Below, piece after piece: positions 28,609-42,544 of a stretch of 64,000 nt of DNA; the first letter of the stretch is position 1; the number at the start of each line of letters is the position of its first letter. The stretch is from Gordius albopunctatus (taxonomy: Eukaryota), in assembly GCA_964276515.1 (NCBI GenBank), contig OZ193910.1, positions 4,526,001-4,590,000 of the forward strand, in the 5' to 3' direction. The position numbers and the translations under genes were made by a program. Below the pieces are notes generated by a model. That model did not search any database. It saw nothing but the letters and a program-made list of their open reading frames with translations, and was not told the origin of the DNA.

Positions 28609-28821
28609 GGAATCTTATTAGAGGCCACCAGGGAAATATTTACACATAAATTTAATGCCTCCTCCCACGTCTTAATTTTTAAGAATATGATCCCTCAAAG
28701 TTCTATTTGTCGAGCTCAATAAATCTGTATAATAAAATTAGGCATCATACATTGCAGCGTTACCCTCCCGATGATAATTATTCATCCTGGGACATGTACA
28801 TTCATTTAATCATATGACAAA

Positions 28822-31800
28822 ATGGTTCAAAACCTTAAAATATGTGGATATATAAATTTTAAGTTTATAGATAACTCATTGGGAAATACTCAACCTGATA
28901 GTTAAGGATCATAAAATTTTATAAAATCTTATATATAGTTATTAGAAAATATGAAAATCAAGCACAGTCTTATGGTGACAAAAATATAAGCAATTTTATT
29001 TTGCGAAAGTCGAAGTTTTCTATATCGTCTTGCAATAATGTTATTGCTCTATCGTTTTACAACAAATTTTTAGTGCTAAAAGGTATAATTTGAATTTTAT
29101 ATAGTTTAAATTTTTTTAAGCAATAAATAAAGATTATTTTAAGAAAGATTTCAATATAATTCATGAGCAAGACTGCAATGAAAGTATTGGCTATATTACA
29201 TCAATACTATGCTTAACTATTTATTCTAAAAAGTACTAAATTCTTAATATGTATGCATGAATATGTTTTTTTGTTTATATTTAACAATCTAAGAGAAGGA
29301 AGCATAGAATGAGCAATGTTATGTTTTGATTGAAATATAATTTTAATTATGATTTATAAAAATTTCTCTATAAATTTTATTATATTTTTTTAACATGTGA
29401 TTGGAATTCTTAACCATTTTTTTGCAATGTATTTTATTTTGTTTTTTTAAAATATTGATATAAATAGAGATGATAAAAACAATCTTGTGATCCTATTTGT
29501 TGGCTTTACAAGTGGCCGTTTAAGGGCTTACACTGAAAATGGGAAATTTTTATTTTCTTTTTGTATGGATGATTCTTCTATTGTGTGTCTTAAAATTAAT
29601 GCTTCAAATAATCATCCTATTCATCATAGTGACCTTGCAGTTAAAGAATCAAAAGTACTTGATATGTTTTATTTCTTATGATTTAGGTTTGTCAACTATT
29701 AATATTGCACAAAAGTTGCTTAGTATTAATTCCAGCAAGTTATCTTTATGATTTAATAGAAAAAATACTAAAAGGTATGCCTATATCAATTAAAAGTGTT
29801 TTTTATAAATTTAAATTATATTTAAAATTAAATAATATATTTACATCTACATGTAATTTTAAGGGGATCTTTTACCAGAATCAACAATTGATCTCAATAA
29901 TGTTCCCTCAAAAAAATTATGGATAAAAGGGAAGCAGCAAAATATGCAAGATATAGCTTTGTGTGGTAAATTGATTATTTAATAACTTAATTTCTTTGTT
30001 AGTCTAATTATTTTTGCACCTATTTGTTACAAAGTTAAAATCATTTGTGTAACATCTATAGTATGAATTTGATTTTATTGTAATTATATCACTACACTTT
30101 TATTATATTAATGTGGAATAGTCACTTATAAATAGAAATACAGTGTTGAAATCATTTGTGTAACATCTATAGTATGAATTTGATTTTATTGTAATTATAT
30201 CACTACAATTTTATTATATTAATGTGGAATAGTCACTTATAAATAGAAATACAGTGTTGAAATCATTTGTGTAACATCTATAGTATGAATTTGATTTTAT
30301 TGTAATTATATCACTACAATTTTATTATATTAATGTGGAATAGTCACTTATAAATAGAAATACAGTATTAAAATTTAGTATGAAGTATCAAGTTTTGCAC
30401 AAAATTTAGACTGTTACAAGCATTACAAAACGATTATATTAAAACTTCACTCTGAGACATGGTAGATTCCTTTGCCCTTTTAAACTCTTACACGAGTGAT
30501 GTAAACCACAATTTAATTAGTAAAATTTAACATTTTAATCAAATAAGCTCAAAACTGCATCTATTAACAATTTGGATTTAACAGAAATTGTTAAAGTATT
30601 TTATTAACACATTGACCTCATAAATCATATATATTTTTCCTAGCAAAAATCTAGTTTGTATCAATAATTATTATTTATATTTAAGGTTTTAGGCGATTAT
30701 CAACATTTGATCAACTTCGCCTAATATCCTGTTTTAACTCGTTCCGTACAAACACACCACCCAGCTCCAATTTTCACTCATATGCAATATGCGGATTCAA
30801 GCCATTTTTGGGCCTCTATTATTTGGAAGAGGTTTGATATAATTACGAAAGAATGGCTCAGTCAATAATGGAGCTGAAAAATATGATATATTTTGGAAAA
30901 AAAATTTTTTAATAAAATAAAATTATAGATTATCTCCCACTGAGTTAATTTTGATTAGCCCTATAAAAAAATTTAAATAATATTTCTGTTAATTTTATCA
31001 TTTTTCTATATTTTAATAATAAAGAAATTGAAATTGTTCTAATAAATAAGTCAATGCAAAAACCTCTAGTACTAATTAACAAACTCTCATCCTGAAATCG
31101 TTGACTTTATTTTAAAAATTTCAAATCAACCAGGCAAATTACAATTTAAAATTATTGTACTCAGTAGAATATTTTAAATGCTCTGTAGAATAATCTAATG
31201 CTCAATAAATAATTTAATGTTCAGTAATTTTATAATTTGTTCAGTTTCTTATTCAAATCTTGCTCTGTAATTTTTTTAGTTATCAACATCCTAGATATAA
31301 TCGCAGTAACTAGATCAAATTTTATAATTTTAAAGGAAGGAGAAACAGTTCCCAAAAATTTGACGGATCAATTAAGTGCAGCAACCTCAAGGCTTAAAGA
31401 TACCCTGACCTCCTCCACTTCGGCCCTAATGTCAAATTTGCCAGGGTTTTTAAAGAGTGGAATAAGCAACGTTTCCTCCTCCAAGCTAGCTAACACTCTG
31501 AGCGACGCAACTAGTAAAGTCATATCTCGCCTCACCTTGGGCAACCTCAATTTAAGGTTAATTTCCTACTCTTTCTATTCCTTTTTTTGGATTTTAAAAG
31601 AATTATATTTCGTTTTTATAAATATTTGCTGTAATACCAATAGATAATGGCTTAGTTACCATTTTTTACTTGGGATTGGGGCGAACGTGAAGAGGGGTCA
31701 AGGGCGCGTTTTAAAAAATGCTCCATAGCCATTTTCGAAATCAGCTGTTTATTTATGTAATTTTTATTAACTCCATATTATGTTCCCAAATATTAGATCT

Positions 31801-34800
31801 TCCTTGTTAATTTCGACTTACGGATGACGCGCGGAGCCTAAAAAAGCGAAGTGAATATTTGGGATAATTTATCAAACTCTTCTTTCTTTTTCTTAATATC
31901 TTTATATTCATCGTGAAATTTATCATATGACAATAGTATTTTGCCAATATAATTGATAAGATCGTAATTATTCTCTAATCATATAAAATTATATGAAAAA
32001 TACATACATACCAAATTCTATTTTTTAACCATCGTGCGAAAAGTACAAAATGATTTGTATCTTATTTTCGTTCGCTTTAATCGTCTGCGGGCCAAAATAA
32101 TCGTCTGCAGTTTCACTATGAACGCCTCCTATAATGTTTGATAAATTAGCACAAAAATTTACTTCGCTTTTTTTCGCTTTCGCCACGCGCGAAACGGAAA
32201 AAATCGAAGTGAATATTAGGGCTAACTTATGAAATTCTTCATTCTATTCCTTAATACCTTTATATTCATCGTGAAATTTATCATATATCACGAAAATAAC
32301 AATTGTAAATAGGAGGTGTTCATAGTCAAACCGCAGACGATTATTTTCGCCCGCGGCAAAAAGCGAACAAAAATAAGATACGTAAATAATTTTGTACTTT
32401 TCGCGCGATTGTTGAAAAATCGAATTTGGTATGTATGTATTTTTTATATAATTTATATCATTAGAGAATAATTACGATCTTATTAATGATATTCGCGCAA
32501 TACCTTTGTTATATGATTAATTTCACGATGAATTTAAAGATATTAAGTAAAAGAGTAAAGAATTTGATAAATTAGCCTAAAAATTCACTTCGCTCAGTGT
32601 CGTTTTTTATAAGTAGACTATGACCTTACATAGTAAGTCAAAAAATTTTTGGAAATGTCTAATTACTTTATATATTTTCTATATAGAGTTTAATACAGTT
32701 TTATTGCTTCGAAAAATGCTTATAAATGAATCTTTTTCGTTTTACAAAATATTACTAAACTTGAATTAGCGTCTAATGTTGTATTTTTTAAACTGTTTTA
32801 TTAACGGTTCAATTTTGATTAAGCGTTTTTATTGATAATTTCTGATATTGCAGTGCTTTAATTAATCGTATAAAAGTAATTCTTTATATTCTTAAAAATT
32901 ACCTTGAGTTATGGGCTTTTTAAAGTATGGGATTAGAATTATCTGTTATTTGATATATAGGGCTTTCAATATCATTAAATTAATCGGGTAAACAGTTAAA
33001 GTCAGTTAAAGAAATGTTAACAATTCATCGGTCTTTTAGTATTTGTGTAGGCCATAATAATTATGTTGAGCTTTATGGCATCAGAACCAAATTATCTAGG
33101 CGCGAGAGTCTTGATTTTTTCACCCTGCTAAGCTATAAATTTTTTAATTTTATTTATCAAGGTAAAAATACATATTTTGTGGAGATGAATGAATTCTATA
33201 AATAAATTGCCAGGTATGGCTTGTTGGATTCCCGAAGTGCAACGCACGTAGTAGCTAGCCCGGACCGCAACTATTTGGCTTTGACCGACAATCTTGGGCG
33301 AGTTTTGATAGTAGACGTGGAGCTGACCATCATTATCCACATGCTAAAAGGTTATTTTTACTCCTGCAAACTTAGTCTTCTCAGTATTATATTAGCTTTT
33401 AGTCATTAATTAAACCTAAGACTATATGGCTGATGTGTTACTAGATACATCAATGTGTATACAGAAAAATAAAGATGGTAATAGTAATCATTATAACTAC
33501 TCATGGGAGTAGCCAGCATTGGAATTAGAGGGGGGTGGGGCAAAATGATCATTTTGCGAAATTTTAGCCCCATAATTATAAGAAATTTCAATTAATTTTA
33601 GGATTTAAAGGAGGCAGCCCCCCCCCCTCCAATTTTTTCATTATGATTTCCCTAATAGCTCAAATTTTTTATCATAAATCTGCCCCCCCCCCCTAATTCA
33701 AAACCTGCGTACGCCCGCCCATGCTTTGATTTAATATTCCCAAATCGTAAAAAGTTTCCATTTTCCGCAGCACATGCCTACAGTTATCACACTAAAACAC
33801 TACCTACTCTCATGCACACACACACACACACACATAGTTTCATTTAGGTTGCGTTTGATTGACGTTTTATTAAACGTCAAAACGTATAAAACAAACTAAC
33901 TCACAAACTACTGGACCGATTTGGCTCGAACATATCTTAAAACATGCTCCGGAGTGTGGGGAATAAACTGTGAAATTTTGAGCCAAATCGGTCTGGTATT
34001 TTTCCGAAATTTGTGGCTGCATATATACACACATACACACATACATAGTTTCATTTTTATGTATAAGATTTCGTGATTAATAAATGTTCACTAAACCGTT
34101 TAACTTTTAGATGGTGTAAATGTGATAGTGTTGTAAAAGGGGCAGCGTTTTGTTTGGATTACCTTCGCTTTTAGTCTTCGTATCATAAAAATGCGCTTTA
34201 AATAGGATACGATTCATTAATTTTAATTTACTTTCTAGAACTACCGCGAATATTAAGTAGCTTTATTTTTCGTACTACTACATCTTTCGCATAAATTTAT
34301 TCAACTTCAAAATTTATTCTCACTTCAATTATTTCCACCGACAATTCGTTTTATAGTAGTAACAATAATAATGATGGATGAGGTAATCAGATTAGGCGTA
34401 AATAACGATAACGCACAAATAATAATAAACAGCGAAGTGGTAACAGTAATAATAAATAGCAAAGATAACAATAAACTAACAATCATCGTGATTCTACAAT
34501 CTCTTAATAAACGCGTGGCCGTGAACAGCCAAACGAGATCATAAAATCCAAATTTTATGGGTGAAGGGATAAAATTAATCCAAGGGTAATTTTAGGGTGA
34601 AGAAATAAAATTATTAAAAACTTGGCTTAATGCCACAGTCGACTAATTGCAACCACACCAAAGGTTCGACCAAACAAAAACCAGCCGTTTTTACAACACT
34701 AATAAATGAATTTAATTTGGAGAATTAATGGTATTATTTATAATATTTTTTTATAAAGGGTATCGAGACGCCTCTTGTGGTTGGATTGGCATTAGTAAAT

Positions 34801-37800
34801 CAACAGACCCTACCTCGGATAAGTTCCAGTTTCAGCCATTTTTCTTGGTCATTTACGCTCCACGTAGGGGACTTGTCGAGATATGGGACGTTAGTTCGAC
34901 GCATACGCGCAGACTCAAAGCTATAAATGTCTCCAAATTTGGCAGGTAACCTTTTCAAAAAACTCTTATAACTAATACACGAAATATTTATGCTAGTCGG
35001 GTTCGGATTAAAAATTTTGAAATGCTTTCGGTGTCGCGTTCTAGTTGAAAATTGTGACTTTGCAATTCTATAATTTATACTTATTTAATTAAGACTGATA
35101 TACACCGTGCCCTGCTACCTCACCGCCGAGGGGTGCGAAATAGACGTCGCAAATCAGCTGGAATCCGCTGTGCAATGTTTCCTCATCGAACAGAATGGAA
35201 TGATGAAAAAGATCGTGATGGATCAGAAATCTTATTACGAGTTGAGTTTATTTAGACTTGTGCAACATTTAAACTAACCTTTTAATAAGTGTTTTCTCTC
35301 TCATTTTCTTAGAGATTTAAATAAGTTTTTTTTTTGAAAATATTTAAGTACCATATACTTTATCGACGAATTAATTAGGTGTGACACTAGCAAACAAATT
35401 GTAAGGATTAAAGAATTTGAATTAGCCAGTGCACATTTTCTCTCCAAAAGTAAATTAACGAACCCATCTTTATGATTTATATATTATGTTTAGGTGATAA
35501 TTTTCCAGAAGAATTAAGCACGTTAATTAACCAATTCGCAACTTTCTACGCGTTAGAGAAGGTATGATGATGCATAAATGTATTGAAATACTTTTTATTA
35601 ATTTTTGCGTTTATCAGGCATTTAAACGGATCATGCATTTGTTTGAGGATTCACCCTTGGAAAAAGTTGTTGAATTAACTAACGCCTTCATCGCTCGCGG
35701 AAATAACTTAGCAAGTAGCTTTTGTATGAACCAAACAGTTACGTTTCTTAGATGCTGATGATATAAACGATAATTTGGTTGGAAAGTTGAAAATATTTTT
35801 GGCCATACTTCAAATTTACCATAGCTTACCGAAAAATAGGACGTCAAATGATGTGCCTCAGCCGAAAGATTCCAACGTCAACGTGGTAATTTAGTTTTGA
35901 GTAAAAATTCAAGAAAAATCGTCATTTTTTTGTAATTAGGAGGATATTTATTCAACCTTCTTAAGTGGAGATCCCGATGCTATGAACAATGCGAAAAATC
36001 TCGTTTCTATACACGGCTATTACCAATCGCATTTAGTGCGACCTCGATCGAGAGGAGACTACACCAAACCCACATCTCATTATATATGGTCTCTGGCCGA
36101 TCATCATCTGGGAAATGATTTGAAGGGATCACAATTTGTGGGCGAGGAGGCTGAATTTGATGTTTTTGCGCTAATTAAGACTGCCAGTAATCAAAACGAA
36201 AATCTTGTTTTAAAGGCTTGTAAGCCTTCGGGCCATGGGCAGCCCCTTTTTACCGATATTAAATATCAAGATTCTAATTCCATCGACAATTCAATGGTGC
36301 TCAGCGAAAGTCATGATTTGGGTTTGAATCAAGTTTTGAATGCTATCGGACTACATGTGATAGCCACGAAAGCTCTGGTTACAGGACCTATTGGTTCCGA
36401 GGTTGGGAGCAAAGATATAACGGTAAAATTCCCCAAAACTATGAGTTGGCTAATAATTGATAATTAAATTATATAATAACAACAAGTTTAACCTGTGTAT
36501 GACCATATATTTGCTGCTTTTTTAGATCACTTTATTGCAATTATATTGGCTATACGTTGTTGAGCACCCTATGGATTTGTTCGAAGATTTTTACGTAACT
36601 TTTGAAAAAATCATGAATGAAGGTAATAACTTGCATTCCTACATGGGCGTAGCCGGGGGGAGGGAAGCAAAAAAATTTCCAATGCAAAAACTCTTAAAAA
36701 TCAAAAAAATGGATGTTTCCCCCCCCTAAGGCTACGCCCATGCATTCTTCAGTGTGCCCATCCCCCTGATTGAATCCTCAATTTTGTTGGATAGAAAATA
36801 TGATTTTTTCCAAATAAAACCACGGGTTTAAGGATTATAAGATTTAATGCGCCTAAGCTAATTTTATATAACCGCACCGATAACAAACCAGACTTTTAAA
36901 AGCCACTACCTCTGCAATGGATGTATTCTAGCCTATATTTTTCCAACTTACTAAGTGGTCGTTATTTACTAATTTTACGTATATGGCAAAATTATATTTG
37001 TATATTATAGACAAAGTTGTAGAAGAGTGGACGTTGGTGAGAAGACAAATTTGTCGATCGCCTTACCTCATTAATACCTTGTTGTTAGTTATCTCCTATT
37101 GGCGGTATCTGTCCTTGCATAATAAATCTGCGCCCCCTAACGAATCATTAATAGAAGTAGACTTATGTTTAATTATTATACTCCAATTATAATATGTTTT
37201 CTTAATGTATTTTACCGCGATTTATATATTTCTATTGATTTATTATTTTTAAGATTTATTGTTTATATGCTCATTATATTGTTTATAATTTTTTGAAACC
37301 GCTAGATCAGGAATACCACAACTTACTGCATAATCTTGCTGTGTTTGCAAACCTTACTCCTTGCCAACCTCTCTCCTCTTCTTACCATTGATGATTCAAC
37401 CTTTGGCACAGAAATTATGAACGTTGCCCAATCTATACCCCTCACCATCTATTCTCTGAAAACAATGTGCAAAAGTAATTTTCCTTCAATTTTAGCCTCT
37501 AACTTGAAATCCAACTTGCTATCAATATTTTAGAAATCGATTTGACATCATGTTATATTGTTTTTCTGGATCCTAATTATATTTTAAAAGGGCATATTTT
37601 CTTTATTTTTAATCGATAACGCATATTAAAATTTTTGGGCCTCTATTTTTATTATTCAATTATATAAGTGAAGGTTATTTAATTTAGGTTCCGAAGCTGT
37701 TATCACGAATAGCGTTAAAACGCTTTCTAACCTCTTCACCTTATTCCACCTCAACCCTGCGTCAGCTAGGCAATCCGATGAAACAGTTTCATCGCCTTGT

Positions 37801-40800
37801 TTTGAACTTCCTTCCAACCACGAAGATGATTCAATCAATAAGATGGCAATGTTGACTATCGAGTCGGCTTTGCAAAAAATGCATCATTTTAATAAGCATG
37901 AATCAAGATCGAATTCTACTGCATTTTGCTTCAGAGATATTTTGTTGGCCTACACTTGTATGGGTTACTACAGAAAATGGGAGTATCATCAAGAAAATCC
38001 AATTATTGGGGTCGCCAATGACCCCACTGCGGAAGATGATGAAGAAGATAGAAAATCAGTTACGACATTGCAATGGCAACGCTGGTATAGTTGTTTTGCC
38101 GAAATCGGGGACCCAGTCAGTAAAATCAGTGCGTTTACCATACATTTTGTTATAATCTACAAAATTATAGTTTTTAAACAGTTTTTTACCAGCAATATAC
38201 AAACAACCTATGCAATTCGATTTAGCATGATTTATTTTTCATATAAAATTCTAAAAAATAATATATATATGTGTGGGTATGTTCTATTAATGCGTGTTTC
38301 CTATTCTTTTAAACAATTTAATCTTTTGGAATTTTGTGTGGAGCTATAATTTATTATCATTTGTTTAAACCATTTTACTAAAATTCCAAATATTTATGAG
38401 TAGATACCATGAAATGTTTATGGGATTCGAGCGTTGAAAAGAAATTGCGTACCTTGACTACTGCAGTGAACGATATAGGAGAAATCCCTGGTGCTCTGGT
38501 GTGTGAACGTAGCTTAGGCTTAAAACGAGAAGCTATTTCTACGTTTACCGGTCTTATTGGAATTATGTTAACTGACGTGTATGAGGTAATGTTGGCTAAA
38601 ATTTAAAATTATGCTATTATTGGTCAAATATTGTAGAAGAAGTATATGCGATTTCAGTAAATGTTAAATTTCATGTAAACTATTTTTAAACAAAAATTTG
38701 CCTTTGAAATGTAAATTTTGAATTTCTTGTTAATAATATAATTAGTTGACTAAATGTTTACTATATGAAGTAGATTCTTTATTAAACATTCCAACGAAAT
38801 TATTATTTTTATTTTGTAGGCTTTGGCTAGGAAAGACTCGATGAAATCATCCCCTATTCCATCTCTAACTACTCTCGGAGACTTTGAATCAAAAGATACA
38901 CATGAACAATATCATGAAACTGCGGTGGATGCTTGCTTCTTATTTGATAATCTTGTGATGGATAAAATTGATAAAGCAAAAATCACATTTTGGAGAGATT
39001 GTTGCTTTATCCTGTCAGCCAGTGCAAAGTTTGACCTGGAATCTATTCGTCCCTCAAATTTTTTAAACGCCAAGGTTTTATGCCCCAAATATCATATATT
39101 AGATAATTTGTATGTCGATGATGTGGTTATTCGCATTTTTAAAGTTATAATATAAGTTAATCCTCTTTATCATGCATTTACTCCCACAGTCGTGCGGTTA
39201 GTTTTGGTAAATTTCTTCCATCTTTATCAGAACTTTGTTCAGTAGTCCTTTCCATTTAATACGAAGTCGTACCTTTTCTCTATTCCACGTCACCTCAATA
39301 TCCAATATTTTTCGATTTACTTAATTCGTTTCCCATATGAATGAAATGATCATTTATATTGTCCTAATTTCAGATCGAGGATATTAGCCCTGGTTTGCTC
39401 CGCGAGGAAAAAATAAATGAAAATATTGATGAATTATCGCACTCCGACGAGGTTGAAAGTGACTCTCGCAAAATATACAGAGAAACGGTTATTTTCCGAT
39501 ATCTTACCTTTTTGAAATTTATGTTTAAAATACCATAATGGGAACAACTTCAAAGAATGAATGTGTTGTTTTTATCTTTAACGTTGAACAGTTTGTCCGC
39601 AATATCTTGAAACATGGCATAACTTGCCAAAGCAAGTCACAAAATGTGCTCGAAATAGATCCCCCGTTGGCAGAACTTTTATTTGACTCGCTCAACGTGG
39701 AATTTTGGTATAAAGTGGTTACCCAAATCCTAGCGATCGATTGGCTCAGTGATATAAACGCGGATAAATTAATTCTATACACCCTAAATCTCTTGTACTC
39801 CAAAAATATGGATGCAAAAGTGGAGAGGGTATCATAATCGTACATTTAATAGACTGTCTGCCTTACAAAATTTTAAATAATTATTTTGATGTTAAACTGA
39901 TATTTCTATAAATTAGTGTTGTAAATAGATCTGGGTTTCGCTTGTTCGACCTTTGATTTTACTAAGACTAACGGTAGATTCCGGTCAGACTAGATAGACT
40001 GCTCATCGACGCACAAAATGTGTACCCTTTTTCCCACCATTTCCATGTGAACATTGTAAAGTGGTAGGTGCTCATATAGAAATTAGTAATTTTCGCAAAT
40101 TAATTATAATCTTAAAAAGGCAAATAAAAAAATATTGAATTGGGTAGATGTCAAAAGGTGCATTCTAAAATAAATATCATTCATACAATACATATAGATT
40201 AAAAATGTAAGAAATGCGATTAAAGTTTGTTTAATAATATGGCGCCATCAATATTAATTGCTATTTTGTATAATATTAATTTATTGACGTTCGTTTTAAT
40301 TTATAAACTAGGGAGGAAGGTAAATTGACCGTTATATATAGGGCAAAATCACATCGTTAAATTACACGAGTTGCACTCTTCAAAATGGAGGAAAATTAGA
40401 CACACAATTAACCATATGCAACATATGGCATGAGCAGTCTAGCTAGTCTATGGTTATATGCGATGCAATATTGAATTTTATAAATTTTTGCTTATTTTTG
40501 AAGCATTTTTTGTAATATCCTATTCATTAATCACGTTAATTGAATAATTTGGATGAATACAAGCATTTCTAATACTTTAAAGATTTATTGTGCCCCCTTA
40601 CCCAATTTTAACATAATTATATGGTTGAAATGTCTATAATATTGCCTTTTCCTTAGTTGATTGGTATGAGTAAGGAAAAACAGCTGCTGGGATGTCACAT
40701 AATGAATATAGCCGGTATTAGGATCATACATTACATGGAGAGCATCGAAGATGACAGGATTGCTAAAACATTTACCGACAGTCTATCGGTCCCCGTACAA

Positions 40801-41419
40801 ATTTGGTTGGATTCGGTAGGACTTTATTATATTCATTTTTTTAATGTAAATAGAGTTGAATTTAATTTTAAACAATTATATAATTTTATTTTTATGTTTT
40901 AATTTATCATGGTAAAAATACATATTGTGTGAAGCTGAACAAGTTATTATGAATGTTTGGAAAACATCCCGATGTTGCTATTCAATCATATTTACTAATA
41001 TTGATGACGATTTTCTGTGTTATAGATAAGATTCGCGATTATCGTGGGATTGTTTTCTTTTAATGGCCATAAATAATAAAAATTGAAGGCTTTAATTATT
41101 GGGTTGAAGAGAATTTAAACATGCTTTTTGTTTAAATCACAACTTCTTATTACATTTATAAATACAAGATATCCTTTTACTTTTTAAAGGCATTTATGCT
41201 AAAGGTTTAGTTAGGTAAGCTTTATATTTAAAAATATATGTATAGCTTGACTTGGTTTACGAAGACATATCAGAATTTGATTATTGCAACGCAGAGGGAA
41301 TAACGAAAATGCTGGAGACCGTGGTAAATTTATTACCCAACAAACATTCGGTCAGCGCCATGGCACTTTCATTGATAGAATCTTTTAAATCGTGTAGCCC
41401 AAATTTAAAGAATTTATGA
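28822..41419 (+). CDS. RAB3GAP2: Rab3 GTPase-activating protein non-catalytic subunit, spliced
   Basis: 5' exons: 28822-28900, 28939-29082, 29121-29232, 29468-29654, 29687-29774, 29864-29965, 30686-30831, 31336-31556, 33214-33350, 34759-34945, 35094-35240, 35379-35449, 35494-35561. Further exons coincide with the + ORFs at 35618-40815 (boundaries less certain); last exon 41246-41419. Family motifs VGFTSGRLRAYTENG, LALTDNLGRVLIVDV..IIHMLKGYRDASCGWI and FLVIYAPRRGLVEIW. Confidence 0.88.
30038..30369. repeat. Tandem repeat, 3 x 111 bp, nearly identical, intronic
   Basis: The unit start AAATCATTTGTGTAACATCTATAG recurs at 30038, 30149 and 30260. Confidence 0.95.
31845..32594. repeat. Long imperfect inverted repeat (two MITE-like units in opposite orientation) in a RAB3GAP2 intron
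   Basis: ~31845-32131 is the reverse complement of ~32309-32594. Each unit is bounded by CGAAGTGAAT/ATT(T/C)ACTTCGCT. Confidence 0.8.
34126..34701. mobile_element. MITE with 13-bp TIR TAGTGTTGTAAAA
   Basis: TAGTGTTGTAAAA at 34126 and TTTTACAACACTA ending at 34701; the TSD is weak. Confidence 0.65.
36642..36742. mobile_element. 101-bp hAT-type MITE
   Basis: Perfect 13-bp TIR CATGGGCGTAGCC/GGCTACGCCCATG followed by G and C tracts; imperfect TSD CATTCCTA/CATTCTTC. Confidence 0.8.
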
Positions 41420-42300
41420 ATCGCTCCTTTTCTTGTTTATTATTTATACCTTAAACGAATTTATTATTTATAATATCTGTAACGAATTCCATGATTTCAC
41501 GATCCTCACCTATTTATAATTATACCGTGCAATTTTTGTTACAATATGGTTATTTAGCGCGCATTTTAAGGAATAATAGGTTTTTTGTATTTTTAAAGGA
41601 TCACGAAGCAAGATTCGTCGAAGGGACTAATAATAATATATTTATTTGAAAAATGTGTATGTCTAATGGATGTTGAATCAAAAGATAGCATTACAAAATC
41701 GCACACCATAAATATTTGTGATAGATGAAAATTAAAGGTTTTTTGAGTTTTACACTTATCAGACTTTAAAAAATAAGATTTTGAGGTTGGGGGCCATATA
41801 GATTTATAATCAATGTTTCGAGTCAAATATATTATGTGTATAAGTCAGGGTCTAGCTAGGGTTGCCACACGGCTAAATATTTTTTGAGGTAAGGTGGTGT
41901 TGAAAATCAATGTGAGATCTACGCCCCTGGAAAATAGTATCGAATACAATTCTTATGTGTAAATTCCGAACAAACTAATGCTAAGATTCGAAAATCCGAA
42001 ACGAATCTTTCAAAAAAGGATTTGAATATTATTTATGTCCAATATTTTTGGTAACATTTTAGTTTAATCGTTATTTCAGATTATTTTAGCTCTTAACCTC
42101 CATTATACTTTAAAATATATTGTTATTAATTCCAAATAATATATTTTGATATGCATTCCCCTTATAAGCCGAGATCTTATATCTATATATATATCATTCA
42201 CCCGATGTAAGAAGTGCCGCACTAAATTTTACTAAGCTCTACTTTGTGTCATATTGGAGGCAGTTTTAATTGAACACTAATTCTATCGTTAAGTTTAGAT

Positions 42301-42544
42301 CATAGACTGCTTATGCCATATGGTGAAAGGTGTACCATTCAGTTCATCATTTTGAATTTTAACTATCTCCCGTCTTTCTGCTCTGTACCCCAATGTTAAA
42401 ATAGAAAAAGTATTTTTTATTACATTTTAAAAACACTTTAATTAAACATAATTGCAATAATCTTTATGCCCTTCCTTTATTTTTCCACATTTAAAATGGC
42501 ACGGTACACTTTTCAAAGTTGATAATGAGTCTATCTAGTCTATG
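42301..42544. mobile_element. hAT-type MITE with CATAGACT ends
   Basis: CATAGACT.../...AGTCTATG; 8-bp TSD GTTTAGAT/GTTCAGAT. A related end lies at ~40410-40451. Confidence 0.7.

Noticed and set aside
33780..34070. Helitron- or SINE-like element with CA microsatellites and an internal inverted repeat
   Set aside because: It looks like a repeat, but its boundaries and class cannot be established from one copy.
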